This document shows positions 32,447 through 46,488 of a stretch of 64,000 nucleotides of DNA, piece after piece (the first letter of the stretch is position 1; every line of letters begins with the position of its first letter). Made by a program: the position numbers and the translations under genes. The DNA comes from Eledone cirrhosa (taxonomy: Eukaryota), in the NCBI GenBank assembly GCA_964016885.1, contig OZ024747.1, positions 7,750,001 through 7,814,000 of the forward strand. The letters run 5' to 3'. The notes below the pieces were generated by a model. That model ran no database searches. It worked only from the letters and a program-made list of their open reading frames with translations, and was not told the origin of the DNA.

Positions 32447-32783
32447 GATCAGTTAATATAATTTGTACAAATTGTAAAGAATAAAATGTGTGCATTATAT
32501 AAAAAAGTCTTTTCTTGTACAAGGAAATGTGAAATCCATGTACACCATACTTATTACTAAAAGCAATATGTAATATGTAAAAAAAGAGAATATTGTTGAA
32601 TTAAAGGATTATTTTCTGTAATGTGAGTAATAGGGAATTGTTATATACTAACAGGAAACAATTGAGACGCAAAAGAGATTTTAAAATATTAGCTTTGAAA
32701 ACATAATTATGTGACGTAAATTAATAAATTGATAGATATAAGAAATGTGAGTAATACATAAACAGATAAATTTAAAAGGAACA

Positions 32784-35700
32784 GGTCAGGGGCGCAGGAT
32801 CTTGGATATATTGTAACTTTGTGGTCAGGGGCGCAGGATCTTGGATATATTGTAACTTTGTGGTCAGGGTCACAGGATCTTGGATATATTGTAACTTTGT
32901 GGTCAGGGGCGCAGGATCTTGGACATATTGTAACTTTGTGGTCAGGGGCGCAGGATCTTGGACATATTGTAACTTTGTGGTCAGGGGCGCAGGATCTTGG
33001 ATATATTGTAACTTTGTGGTCAGGGGCGCAGGATCTTGGATATATTGTAACTTTGTGGTCAGGGTCACAGGATCTTGGATATATTGTAACTTTGTGGTCA
33101 GGGTCACAGGATCTTGGATATATTGTAACTTTGTGGTCAGGGTCACAGGATCTTGGATATATTGTAACTTTGTGGTCAGGGGCGCAGGATCTTGGATATA
33201 TTGTAACTTTGTGGTCAGGGTCACAGGATCTTGGATATATTGTAACTTTGTGGTCAGGGGCGCAGGATCTTGGACATATTGTAACTTTGTGGTCAGGGGC
33301 GCAGGATCTTGGACATATTGTAACTTTGTGGTCAGGGGCGCAGGATCTTGGACATATTGTAACTTTCTGGTCAGGGTCACAGGATCTTGGACATATTGTA
33401 ACTTTGTGGTCAGGGGCGCAGGATCTTGGATATATTGTAACTTTGTGGTCAGGGGCGCAGGATCTTGGACATATTGTAACTTTCTGGTCAGGGTCACAGG
33501 ATCTTGGACATATTGTAACTTTGTGGTCAGGGGCGCAGGATCTTGGATATATTGTAACTTTGTGGTCAGGGGCGCAGGATCTTGGACATATTGTAACTTT
33601 CTGGTCAGGGGCGCAGGATCTTGGATATATTGTAACTTTGTGGTCAGGGTCACAGGATCTTGGATATATTGTAACTTTGTGGTCAGGGGCGCAGGATCTT
33701 GGACATATTGTAACTTTCTGGTCAGGGGCGCAGGATCTTGGATATATTGTAACTTTCTGGTCAGGGTCACAGGATCTTGGACATATTGTAACTTTGTGGT
33801 CAGGGGCGCAGGATCTTGGACATATTGTAACTTTGTGGTCAGGGTCACAGGATCTTGGATATATTGTAACTTTGTGGTCAGGGTCACAGGATCTTGGATA
33901 TATTGTAACTTTGTGGTCAGGGTCACAGGATCTTGGACATATTGTAACTTTGTGGTCAGGGGCGCAGGATCTTGGATATATTGTAACTTTGTGGTCAGGG
34001 GCGCAGGATCTTGGATATATTGTAACTTTGTGGTCAGGGGCACAGGATCTTGGACATATTGTAACTTTGTGGTCAGGGGCGCAGGATCTTGGATATATTG
34101 TAACTTTCTGGTCAGGGTCACAGGATCTTGGATATATTGTAACTTTGTGGTCAGGGGCGCAGGATCTTGGATATATTGTAACTTTGTGGTCAGGGGCGCA
34201 GGATCTTGGATATATTGTAACTTTGTGGTCAGGGGCACAGGATCTTGGATATATTGTAACTTTGTGGTCAGGGGCGCAGGATCTTGGATATATTGTAACT
34301 TTCTGGTCAGGGTCACAGGATCTTGGATATATTGTAACTTTGTGGTCAGGGTCACAGGATCTTGGATATATTGTAACTTTCTGGTCAGGGTCACAGGATC
34401 TTGGATATATTGTAACTTTGTGGTCAGGGGCGCAGGATCTTGGATATATTGTAACTTTGTGGTCAGGGGCGCAGGATCTTGGATATATTGTAACTTTGTG
34501 GTCAGGGGCGCAGGATCTTGGATATATTGTAACTTTGTGGTCAGGGTCACAGGATCTTGGATATATTGTAACTTTGTGGTCAGGGTCACAGGATCTTGGA
34601 TATATTGTAACTTTCTGGTCAGGGTCACAGGATCTTGGATATATTGTAACTTTGTGGTCAGGGGCGCAGGATCTTGGATATATTGTAACTTTGTGGTCAG
34701 GGGCGCAGGATCTTGGATATATTGTAACTTTGTGGTCAGGGGCGCAGGATCTTGGATATATTGTAACTTTCTGGTCAGGGTCACAGGATCTTGGATATAT
34801 TGTAACTTTGTGGTCAGGGTCACAGGATCTTGGATATATTGTAACTTTCTGGTCAGGGTCACAGGATCTTGGATATATTGTAACTTTGTGGTCAGGGGCG
34901 CAGGATCTTGGATATATTGTAACTTTGTGGTCAGGGGCGCAGGATCTTGGATATATTGTAACTTTGTGGTCAGGGGCGCAGGATCTTGGATATATTGTAA
35001 CTTTCTGGTCAGGGTCACAGGATCTTGGATATATTGTAACTTTGTGGTCAGGGTCACAGGATCTTGGATATATTGTAACTTTCTGGTCAGGGTCACAGGA
35101 TCTTGGATATATTGTAACTTTGTGGTCAGGGGCGCAGGATCTTGGATATATTGTAACTTTGTGGTCAGGGGCGCAGGATCTTGGATATATTGTAACTTTG
35201 TGGTCAGGGGCGCAGGATCTTGGATATATTGTAACTTTGAGGTCAGGGGCGCAGGATCTTGGATATATTGTAACTTTCTGGTCAGGGTCACAGGATCTTG
35301 GATATATTGTAACTTTCTGGTCAGGGTCACAGGATCTTGGATATATTGTAACTTTCTGGTCAGGGGCGCAGGATCTTGGACATATTGTAACTTTGTGGTC
35401 AGGGTCACAGGATCTTGGATATATTGTAACTTTCTGGTCAGGGTCACAGGATCTTGGATATATTGTAACTTTCTGGTCAGGGGCGCAGGATCTTGGATAT
35501 ATTGTAACTTTGTGGTCAGGGGCGCAGGATCTTGGACATATTGTAACTTTCTGGTCAGGGTCACAGGATCTTGGATATATTGTAACTTTGTGGTCAGGGT
35601 CACAGGATCTTGGATATATTGTAACTTTCTGGTCAGGGGCACAGGATCTTGGATATATTGTAACTTTCTGGTCAGGGGCGCAGGATCTTGGATATATTGT

Positions 35701-36723
35701 AACTTTGTGGTCAGGGTCACAGGATCTTGGATATATTGTAACTTTCTGGTCAGGGTCACAGGATCTTGGATATATTGTAACTTTCTGGTCAGGGTCACAG
35801 GATCTTGGATATATTGTAACTTTCTGGTCAGGGTCACAGGATCTTGGATATATTGTAACTTTCTGGTCAGGGTCACAGGATCTTGGATATATTGTAACTT
35901 TCTGGTCAGGGGCGCAGGATCTTGGATATATTGTAACTTTGTGGTCAGGGTCACAGGATCTTGGATATATTGTAACTTTGTGGTCAGGGTCACAGGATCT
36001 TGGATATATTGTAACTTTGTGGTCAGGGGCGCATGATCTTGGACATATTGTAACTTTGTGGTCAGGGTCACAGGATCTTGGATATATTGTAACTTTGTGG
36101 TCAGGGTCACAGGATCTTGGATATATTGTAACTTTGTGGTCAGGGTCACAGGATCTTGGATATATTGTAACTTTGTGGTTAGGAACACAGGATCTTGGAT
36201 ATATTGTAACTTTGTGGTTAGGAACACAGGATCTTGGATATATTGTAACTTTGTGGTTAGGAACACAGGATCTTGGATATATTGTAACTTTGTGGTCAGG
36301 GTCACAGGATCTTGGATATATTGTAACTTTGTGGTCAGGGTCACAGGATCTTGGATATATTGTAACTTTGTGGTTAGGAACACAGGATCTTGGATATATT
36401 GTAACTATGTGGTCAGGGGCGCAGGATCTTGGACATATTGTAACTTTGTGGTCAGGGTCACAGGATCTTGGATATATTGTAACTTTGTGGTCAGGATCAC
36501 AGGATCTTGGATATATTGTAACTTTGTGGTCAGGGTCACAGGATCTTGGTTATATTGTAACTTTGTGGTTAGGAACACAGGATCTTGGATATATTGTAAC
36601 TTTGTGGTCAGGGTCACAGGATCTTGGTTATATTGTAACTTTGTGGTTAGGAACACAGGATCTTGGATATATTGTAACTTTGTGTTCAGGGGCACAGGAT
36701 CTTGGATATATAACTTTTTGGTC
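32784..36723. repeat. 39 bp minisatellite, about 101 copies
   Basis: Unit GGTCAGGG(GCG/TCA)CAGGATCTTGGA(T/C)ATATTGTAACTTT(G/C)T. Confidence 0.98.
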
Positions 36724-38189
36724 TGATGTACAAGTAACAATCATCTTTAGAAAAAACGCGGTTAAGTGAGAAAATCATGTAGAAATATTAAGACAACTGG
36801 ATATTTACACTTCTAGATATAGGCTTAGAATTTTCTAAAAGGTCTTCAATTGGAACTCCTTAGCTTAACGCACTAACTTTTGTTCATTTTTCTTTTCGTT
36901 TACCTGATTTTTCTATTTATTGTGATCGACTATTATAGTTATGTGTTGGGACTATTACATTATAGATTTTCTTCTCCTTCCACAAACACGTATCAGTTAG
37001 GTTTAACACATTTTGGTCTAGAAAACCTTTTTGTAAATACAATACAGAATGTTAATTTGTGGTGGTGGCAGTAGTAGTTGTTGGTGGGGTTTTAAAAATG
37101 ATGCCAATGGTGGTGGCAGTAGTAGTTGTGTTGATGGTGTTTTAAAAATGATGGCAATGGTGGTGGCAGTGGTAGTTCAAATTGTAATTATTCTCATTGC
37201 CAGATTTTGGTTATTTCTATGCTTGTCACGTTCTGAGGCTAGAGGCTACACAGGCAGGTCAGATGACTGTCTTGCTCATGTCTTCCATTTTAGCATGGTT
37301 TCCATGGCTGTATGCCCTTCTTAATGCCAACCACTTCACAGTATATACTTAGTTCATTTTCTCGTGGCACCACCATTACCACATGACAGGGTGGACTGGG
37401 GGCATTTTATCGTGACACCAACACTTTAGAGCAATGAGGATGGTTATTATAGTTATGCTCATAATATCTTCTCATTGTAGAATACTGGCAAACTTCAAAC
37501 TTAGCTTGACTATCAGCTACATGTATCTGATGCCTAACTTTTCTATTAGCTACCTGACACTGTTCCTTGCTTTTAATCTTTCCAAGTTTGTCTTTTAGTT
37601 TTTATGACTCTATCTACTGTACTGTTCCATTACACCTTCCATCTAGCTGAAACCTTACTACAATCACAAATTTGTTCTGTGGCCCACAGCATGTTGCCTT
37701 GTAGAAACTTCCAGATGTCCTCTGTTATAGATATTTTTTATTTCTTCCTCAACATATTTATCACCTAGAATCTTTCTGAACCTAATCTTTTTTCCACTCC
37801 ATTTTTATTCTTGCTACTATCTTTTTGGAACACCGTTCTCTACTGTTAATTACCTTTCTATGTAAGAAGCTACCAACAATTTTTACTGAACCCTCTAAAC
37901 ATTTGAGAGTATTTCTTGGTTGCCCTTACCGTTAACTATGTGCCTCTAATATATATGAAGTCTTTATCTTTCATTATGCCTATACTTCTATTTCACCATC
38001 TGTATACCTGTAATTTATATCAGGTACACCATATATGCACCATTTTCTGTATATTGGCCATAGAAGTAGTCATGTTTTTCTGGCAATCTAAAACTTGTTT
38101 GCTAGGTTTACTTACCAGAGCATGGTACCTTATCAAAAGCCTTCTCTAGATCAATGGATTTCAAAGTATGTCTTAATCTTAAGAACTTC

Positions 38190-38470
38190 TTTTGTAGGAT
38201 TCTCATGAGCCATCAGTGCTACTCCCTCTTGGCACTGATCTCGATTACATCTTATCGAAGTTAATTGTGCTATCACTATTTTTGGGGGGTTACTTTCATA
38301 ACTTGGTCTATGAAAATCCCTTTGTTGTCAACAACAATTCCCTGAACTTTCTTCACCCTTATCTTATTTTAGTTACTACACTTTCAGAGCATCCTCCTCC
38401 ACTGCTAATTAGGTCACATAGGTAACAGAAGTCATCAACTATTTCTTTGGGGTCTTCACAGGATTGGAAA
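38190..38470 (-). mobile_element. Old degenerate RTE fragment
   Basis: Translates to [28 protein letters not shown], matching the RTE copies. Confidence 0.75.
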
Positions 38471-39310
38471 AAGGTTATTTCACTGACACGATACACACAC
38501 ACATGTATATATATACACAAACATAAACATACATTTGTTATATTATGAGGTCGCAAAAATACAATAATTGGTTATAATTTAATTCTAGTAATACTTTCCC
38601 TGTAATATTCAGTCATTAGAAACACAGTAATTAATGTATTCATTTAACTGAGACTGACTGAATAATCTCTTATTACAATGTATTGTATTTCTTCTCTTGT
38701 TTGTTCACCTAATCGTGTGTTGTTTAGGCATCAGGTCAATCTAATGGATCTAGGATTAAAGGTATTCCAGCTGTGACCACCACAGCATTTGTACATCTGT
38801 GATTTATTTACATTGTTCATTATATCCTTCATTTATAATGTTAGAATATTTATATCCTCGACCTCCCTATTGCAAGCTATCAAAACAGTTTCCTTGGATT
38901 CCAGATTTAACGTTAACAAAACACACAGGGAAGTGAGAAGTAGACAAATAACTACTCTACTAAAGAGAAAATCAAACAATCCTCATCAAAAAAGGAATAA
39001 TTAAGAGTATATGTTTAATGAATTGGCTTATATAATTCTGGTAGCAAAATACATGTTTAAAAAAGCGGATATTTCGATGTGATATCGCACGCGTGCACAC
39101 GCACTACATGTGTTAGATGAGTCCCCTTCAACACTATGCCCCCCCCCTCCACTTGTCTTCCCTCCTCCCTCTTTTTCTGAGATCCGCTTTCACCACTTCT
39201 GCTCAAGTCTCCATTGGCCTATCTCTACCATCCACTTGGAACTCGTGGTACATATAAAAGTTTTAAAATCACGGGACCCATACATACTCTAATTTTAATA
39301 AAACATTGGC

Positions 39311-39890
39311 ACACCCCTCTCGATTTCAGTGGGAAATGATACCTTCCGCCCCGCGTGCTATCAATCACTCATCTTCAAACTTACCCCCCCCCCCCCCCAC
39401 CTAACCCCTAAAAACGAAGGAGAAGGGGTGGAGAGTCGCTCGGATTTTTCTTTACCATTTATTTTCGTGTCTTATACTATTCGCTTTTTAGTTAACTGTA
39501 CCCCACTCACGACAAACGTTGGTAGGGGTAAGATGGTTTAGGTGGTTAGGATAATGTTAGTTTTAGGTTAAGGAGGTTAGTGTTGTGTTTAGAGGTCGAT
39601 AACAAGCAGGGGGGGGGGGACTGGAAAAACAAATTTCTTACCAAACGTGAGGGGTGTAGATCTGCGAAACTCCGAGGGTCTCCCCCACCTAGCTTTACCC
39701 TTCCTTTTTATACAAAACCAGTCGTTGATAAAACAAAAAAAAAGTTAAAGAAAACTGTGGGGGTGGGGTCGAGGGGAAAGAAAAGTACTTTGTGGCATGT
39801 TCGGTGGTTAGATTAGTTGATAGCGCACGAAAGACCCGAGGAAAAATAATTATTTCCCACTGAAATCGGGAGGGGGTTGTTTCTTCTATA
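39311..39890. mobile_element. MITE / non-autonomous DNA transposon related to 31782-32146
   Basis: TIRs ACCCCTCTCGATTTCAGTGGGAAAT / ATTTCCCACTGAAATCGGGAGGGGGT. Shares the internal TTTTTAGTTAAC..CTCACGA and AGATTA.TT.ATAGC motifs. Confidence 0.75.
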
Positions 39891-41384
39891 ATAAATTTAC
39901 CAAAGCATTAAATAAAAACAATTGTTTTAGGGAAATATTTTCACAGGAAATAAAAACAAAAGAGGAAGAAATAAACCAAAACATTTAATAAACTTGTATT
40001 AAACTTTAAGACAGCTTATCTTGTGGAACCCGTTTCAATATTTGACTGGTATTTTAGTTTTATTGACCCTGAAAGGATGAAGGATTGTTTGGCAGGATTA
40101 CAATACACAATGTAAATGGCTGCTACTAAATATAACAAGTCATTTTGTATAGTTGTAAATGGTATGTTCTGAGCCTTATCCCCTGTAATTCTCTCATTCA
40201 TACTCTATTGGTGGTTCTAAGTTTTACTTTAATTCCTGTATAAGATAAAAATAAAACCATTGTACTGCTGTCTCTCTATTGTATGTATTATCTGTGTTTT
40301 TTATGACTTGCGTCATATATATGGGAGTGTTTGTTTGTGTGCATGCTTGGGTCTCTCTTTCTCTTTCTCTCTCAAAATGTTTAAATCAAACACTGGCAAA
40401 CATTTTCAAGCAGTTGTCCGTATAGGATGTGGCTAATCATAAAGCGAGCCTTACTATTAAACATTTCAAAGCAATTTTTGAAATTAAGACCCCCCCCCCC
40501 CCCTGTTTTTCTTGGTAGCAATTTATATTCCTTATATGTATAAATATGTGTGTGTATGTGAAATCAACCATGTTATGCCATGTTCTTTTCTTCGCCCACT
40601 TTTTCCTGGAATGGTTACAGAGGGTCTTATCAGGAACAATCTCCAATTCATCCGGCTGTATCCCCAAGCGAGCCTAACCAAGCTCATGGATGTTATCCAA
40701 CCATCTTTCTCGTTGTTTCCGTGTGGGTCTCCAGCTGGACAAATATGTCATTGCTAGTATATTTATATATCACATACGCACAATACATTTTCTATCTTAG
40801 TCATGATACCACAATAAGCTGAGAATCAAGTTCAGTTGTGCCCCCCCCCCCCCCCCCCCCCCCCAGTTTATTTGACACTTTGATACAATTTCATTTTGAA
40901 TTATAAGCCAGCGTTGAAAATCATGTATCAATTAGTTATATTACTCTTTTGAAGTTCAGTGATCCGGTGACCATCGTTTAAGTATTAATGGAATTGGTTT
41001 TTGTCCTATTTAAACTAAACGACTGGTCTTTTAAAAAGATTTATTTTTAATTAACGGAGACAACCTAAAAAATTACCAATTCTCCAACCTTCTCCCCCCC
41101 CCCCCCCATTACTTGGGACCTGAGAGTATGTCAGTAATTAACATAAATTATAGGATTTCTCTTATACAATCTGTTAATTTATCAAAACACAAACTTCTCA
41201 GTTTGTGTGAATGTTCATATATCCGGTAATCCAAGTATATTTGGCATACTAACTAATCCTGGATTGCAGAAATTAAAAATGTCCAACACCATTTTCAGTC
41301 ATGATTGAGGACACGGGCTCACTAGTATGATATATTTCTAGTATTATATTTACAAGGTGAGGTTTTACGTGAAGACATATATAT

Positions 41385-41867
41385 ATATACAAGCCGAGAA
41401 ATGTGACAAAAATATCGGTGGTAAAATGGAGACTAGCTTATATTCGATTTTTTTTGATTTTTTTTTAAATTTAAAATTTTTTTTTTTTGTATTAATCGAC
41501 TTCAATTTTCTACGTAAATGACGTTCTAAATTATTTTCACTTTGGTGTAATTTAGTGGTGAACATTACACGGGTTTCACTTTGGAGATTGAATTAGTTTT
41601 TTGTTTTCAATGAATATGGCCTTCAGAAATTGGTTCGGAAAAAAATCATTACGTAATGGAGTTGTGAAACAAAAACTATACTGTAACAAAACATTTTAAA
41701 TACCAAAATATTGAAACTTCATAAATATATTCGCCATTAATAAGAATTTCAAAACTGCATTATCTAAACATGTTGATTATCTACCTTAGCTTATACACAG
41801 GGTTTGGATTTTTGCCCATTTCTCAATCATAAAATCGAGGGTCGGCTTATTTTGAGTATATACGGTA
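41385..41867. mobile_element. Tc1/mariner-superfamily (pogo/Tc2-like) non-autonomous remnant
   Basis: Right end GGGTCGGCTTATTTTGAGTATATACGGTA resembles TA-flanked CCGTATATACTC-type TIRs; left ACAAGCCGA is a partial complement. Confidence 0.5.
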
Positions 41868-42083
41868 ATTCACACACATGTAACTCTGTAATGGTAGTTA
41901 ATGTACCAGTAAAATATTGGTATTTATTTCACTGTTACTGAATCTGAAAGTCTACAAATATTATCCTTGTTTCAAGGAATTGATAAACTTATTATTTTTA
42001 AGACATGGAAGCATATTAGGGGTAAAATTGTTCTCTTGGATAGGAGTCTAGTCTGTTATAAATAACTTCCCTTTCCCACACAG

Positions 42084-42320
42084 TGAAGACTGATGTCTCT
42101 ATGTACTCTTGCAGCTGTGTGAAGTCAAAGAATGCAGAATTAACTGTATTAATCCAGAAGTAGAATACCTGCAATAGTCTTTGATCTTGGGAGTCATCAG
42201 TCTAGCTATCTTTATCCATTCAGCCAACAGACATAACAGCTTTCTCTCTCGTGTTGTTTTTTGAAGAGAGACTGTCACATGTGGTTGTATGAGTGTGTCA
42301 TTATCAGTCACGTGTGTAAG
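42084..42320 (+). other. Candidate upstream exon of the beta-TrCP gene (5' UTR plus 14 codons MWLYECVIISHVCK)
   Basis: Acceptor TTCCCTTTCCCACACAG|T and strong donor AAG|GTGAGT. The ATG at 42279 gives phase 0, compatible with the exon at 58596. Confidence 0.4.
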
Positions 42321-42730
42321 GTGAGTAGTATTATGTGTGGGTAGTATATTTGGAGGACAGTATGTGTTATTTGTTTTTAAGTGTAAACAGGTTGTTTGAC
42401 ATAATTCACAGGGTTTAATCTCTGAGATTCACACATGAACAAAGTGCTGTGGTGGCAGTGATGTTTTTTTTTAAATTCCTGTTCATATTTATAGAAATAC
42501 ATAAAATCAATAGAGGTTTAGCTGTTTATCAACCTGGAACTTTAAAAAAAAAAAGTTGTTGCCATAACTACTTCGGTAGTATGTTGTAGATACCACTGCC
42601 ACTCATTAACACCACTATAGCAACTATACTATAGCTGCTGTGTTTGGGTGGGCTTGGTGAACATTGTCACAGTGCTTTGTATTTAGGATTTCATGCATCC
42701 ACATGGTTTGGTTAAGGAAGGACACCTCTA

Positions 42731-45037
42731 ACTGGTGGGATGAAGATAGGAAGCTGTGACTGGGATGAAGATAGGAAGCTGTGACTGGGATGAAGATAGG
42801 AAGCTGTGACTGGGATGAAGATAGGAAGCTGTGACTGGTGGGATGAAGATAGGGAGCTGTGACTGGTGGGATGAAGATAGGGAGCTGTGACTGGTGGGAT
42901 GAAGATAGGAAGCTGTGACTGGGATGAAGATAGGAAGCTGTGACTGGGATGAAGATAGGGAGTTGTGACTGGTGGGATGAAGATAGGAAGCTGTGACTGG
43001 GAAGAAGATAGGGAGCTGTGACTGGTGGGATGAAGATAGGAAGCTGTGACTGGTGGGATGAAGATAGGAAGCTGTGACTGGGAAGAAGATAGGGAGCTGT
43101 GACTGGTGGGATGAAGATAGGAAGCTGTGACTGGGATGAAGATAGGGAGTTGTGACTGGTGGGATGAAGATAGGAAGCTGTGACTGGGATGAAGATAGGA
43201 AGCTGTGACTGGGATGAAGATAGGAAGCTGTGACTGGAATGAAGATAGGGAGTTGTGACTGGTGGGATGAAGATAGGGAGCTGTGACTGGTGGGATGAAG
43301 ATAGGAGGCTGTGACTGGTGGGATGAAGATAGGAAGCTGTGACTGGTGGGATGAAGATAGGAAGCTGTGACTGGTGGGATGAAGATAGGGAGCTGTGACT
43401 GGTGGGATGAAGATAGGAGGCTGTGACTGGTGGGATGAAGATAGGAAGCTGTGACTGGGATGAAGATAGGAAGCTGTGACTGGGATGAAGATAGGAAGCT
43501 GTGACTGGAATGAAGATAGGGAGTTGTGACTGGTGGGATGAAGATAGGGAGCTGTGACTGGTGGGATGAAGATAGGAGGCTGTGACTGGTGGGATGAAGA
43601 TAGGAAGCTGTGACTGGTGGGATGAAGATAGGAGGCTGTGACTGGTGGGATGAAGATAGGAGGCTGTGACTGGTGGGATGAAGATAGGAAGCTGTGACTG
43701 GTGGGATGAAGATAGGAAGCTGTGACTGGTGGGATGAAGATAGGGAGCTGTGACTGGTGGGATGAAGATAGGAGGCTGTGACTGGTGGGATGAAGATAGG
43801 GAGCTGTGACTGGTGGGATGAAGATAGGAAGCTGTGACTGGTGGGATGAAGATAGGAGGCTGTGACTGGTGGGATGAAGATAGGGAGCTGTGACTGGTGG
43901 GATGAAGATAGGAGGCTGTGACTGGTGGGATGAAGATAGGGAGCTGTGACTGGTGGGATGAAGATAGGAAGCTGTGACTGGTGGGATGAAGATAGGGAGC
44001 TGTGACTGGTGGGATGAAGATAGGAGGCTGTGACTGGTGGGATGAAGATAGGGAGCTGTGACTGGTGGGATGAAGATAGGAGGCTGTGACTGGTGGGATG
44101 AAGATAGGGAGCTGTGACTGGTGGGATGAAGATAGGAGGCTGTGACTGGTGGGATGAAGATAGGAAGCTGTGACTGGTGGGATGAAGATAGGAGGCTGTG
44201 ACTGGTGGGATGAAGATAGGGAGCTGTGACTGGTGGGATGAAGATAGGAGGCTGTGACTGGTGGGATGAAGATAGGGAGCTGTGACTGGTGGGATGAAGA
44301 TAGGGAGCTGTGACTGGTGGGATGAAGATAGGAGGCTGTGACTGGTGGGATGAAGATAGGGAGCTGTGACTGGTGGGATGAAGATAGGAGGCTGTGACTG
44401 GTGGGATGAAGATAGGAAGCTGTGACTGGTGGGATGAAGATAGGAGGCTGTGACTGGTGGGATGAAGATAGGGAGCTGTGACTGGTGGGATGAAGATAGG
44501 AAGCTGTGACTGGTGGGATGAAGATAGGGAGCTGTGACTGGTGGGATGAAGATAGGAGGCTGTGACTGGTGGGATGAAGATAGGGAGCTGTGACTGGTGG
44601 GATGAAGATAGGGAGCTGTGACTGGTGGGATGAAGATAGGGAGCTGTGACTGGTGGGATGAAGATAGGAGGCTGTGACTGGTGGGATGAAGATAGGGAGC
44701 TGTGACTGGTGGGATGAAGATAGGAGGCTGTGACTGGTGGGATGAAGATAGGGAGCTGTGACTGGTGGGATGAAGATAGGGAGCTGTGACTGGTGGGATG
44801 AAGATAGGAGGCTGTGACTGGTGGGATGAAGATAGGGAGCTGTGACTGGTGGGATGAAGATAGGAGGCTGTGACTGGTGGGATGAAGATAGGAGGCTGTG
44901 ACTGGTGGGATGAAGATAGGGAGCTGTGACTGGTGGGATGAAGATAGGAGGCTGTGACTGGTGGGATGAAGATAGGAGGCTGTGACTGGTGGGATGAAGA
45001 TAGGAAGCTGTGACTGGTGGGATGAAGATAGGAAGCT
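42731..45037. repeat. 28 bp minisatellite (with 25 bp variants), about 83 copies
   Basis: Unit ACTGGTGGGATGAAGATAGG(AA/GA/AG)GCTGTG. Confidence 0.98.
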
Positions 45038-45474
45038 ATCTTCAAATTGGAGACATAGCCCAAATGTTTGCAACATCTAAAGACATCTGGTTGTAGTTTT
45101 AAATCAGACAATGGAGTTAGCTTAGCATCCAAGAACAGGAGACCCTCTTGATGGTCTTTCATAGTTTCTGTCTATCGTATTTCATGCACAAGGCTTCAGT
45201 CCAACCAAAGCTATGGTTGCAGATACCTTCTCAGGGTTTAAAAAAACAACAACAAATTTAGATGTTGAATTGAGCAAGTGTGTATACATGCTCTTTTGTT
45301 GTTGTTTCTTAGACACAGATCAACCTTGCTTGAGCAAACACATTCCAGTCTTGAATATCTAGAACTATATTATTCAATGTACCCTTATTTAAACTTTGAT
45401 TTGAGGGGCATTTTGCTGTTATTTTTAGCAGATTGAGCAACCATGACGTTTCACAAGTTTTACTTTTTTAGTTA

Positions 45475-45519
<45 letters not shown>

Positions 45520-45747
45520 ATATAGTAATAAGATGATCCCATTAAGGGTGAAAGCAGCAATTCTTTGCTTAAACTTTAATCTGTTATTTTAATATAAATC
45601 TTAATATATATATATATATATACACACACACAACTCAGAACAAGTGAGATTTGTTTTTTGCTCCACTTGATGCTACAGAAACCAGAGGCAAATGTTGGCC
45701 CTAATGAATCATTGCTGTTTCTTAAAGAATTGTTATTTATTGTCTAG

Positions 45748-45895
45748 GTTCCGAGTTCAAATCCTGCCATGGTTAGCTTTACGTTTCATCCTTACGAGGT
45801 TGAACTAAAGCACCAGTAATGCACTGGGGTTGATTTAACCCCCCCCCCCCCCCCATATGTTTATATATAGTCTTGTGCCTAAATCAGAAACCATT
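45748..45895 (+). mobile_element. Diverged partial SINE family 1
   Basis: GAGTTCAAATCC..TTTCATCCTTACGAGGT..CACCAGTAATGCACTGGG..CTTGTGCCTAAATCAGAAAC. Confidence 0.7.
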
Positions 45896-46488
45896 ATTGC
45901 CTTAGATTTGGAGTTTCAGTTGGCTTTTTTGAAATTTTGTTAAGCAATCAAGGACAGTCTTTCTTCCCACTTCTGTATAATCAAAAATGGTTGTGTGTGT
46001 GTTAGTTGAACCTCATTTTCTAAATTCTTTTGCTGCTTTGCAGAAATGATTTATTGAAAATGATAGAATATGCCATATTTTAATTTTGTTTATTGCTATT
46101 TTGGTAGATTTACATGGTGTGAAGTTAGTTGAAACTGACTAAATCAATAATATAATGGCCTATAGCCAAACTAATCATTGTTGCCATCAGCTGCTTTTGA
46201 TGTTGATTGGTCCCAAATCACCTTGATTTAGCAGACCTTTCATTCAAAGGTATTCAAACTATGACTATCCCATCCCATTTTTTAAAAATAATGTACCCAG
46301 GAATACTTTAACTGTCTTTTATTTTGGAAGGTAGTGAGATGTAAGGGCAATTTGGTTGCCATTTTTAGCAAGTTAAATGACCATGGAAAGGCTTCTTCAT
46401 TGGTTTGTATATAGGCTTTCATTGTAGTATCATTATGGCTGTCAGCATTAAAAACGTTCCTACCATTATGGTTACATCTTGTGAAGAT

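Noticed and set aside
32784-36723. CRISPR array or repetitive protein gene
   Set aside because: Units are head-to-tail with no unique spacers, there are no cas genes and the context is eukaryotic. Open frames on both strands follow from the 39 bp stop-free unit.
42712-45162. 816 aa and 782 aa Ser/His/Pro-rich ORFs
   Set aside because: The 28 aa periodicity is three 28 bp units cycling through frames, so this is a minisatellite artefact.
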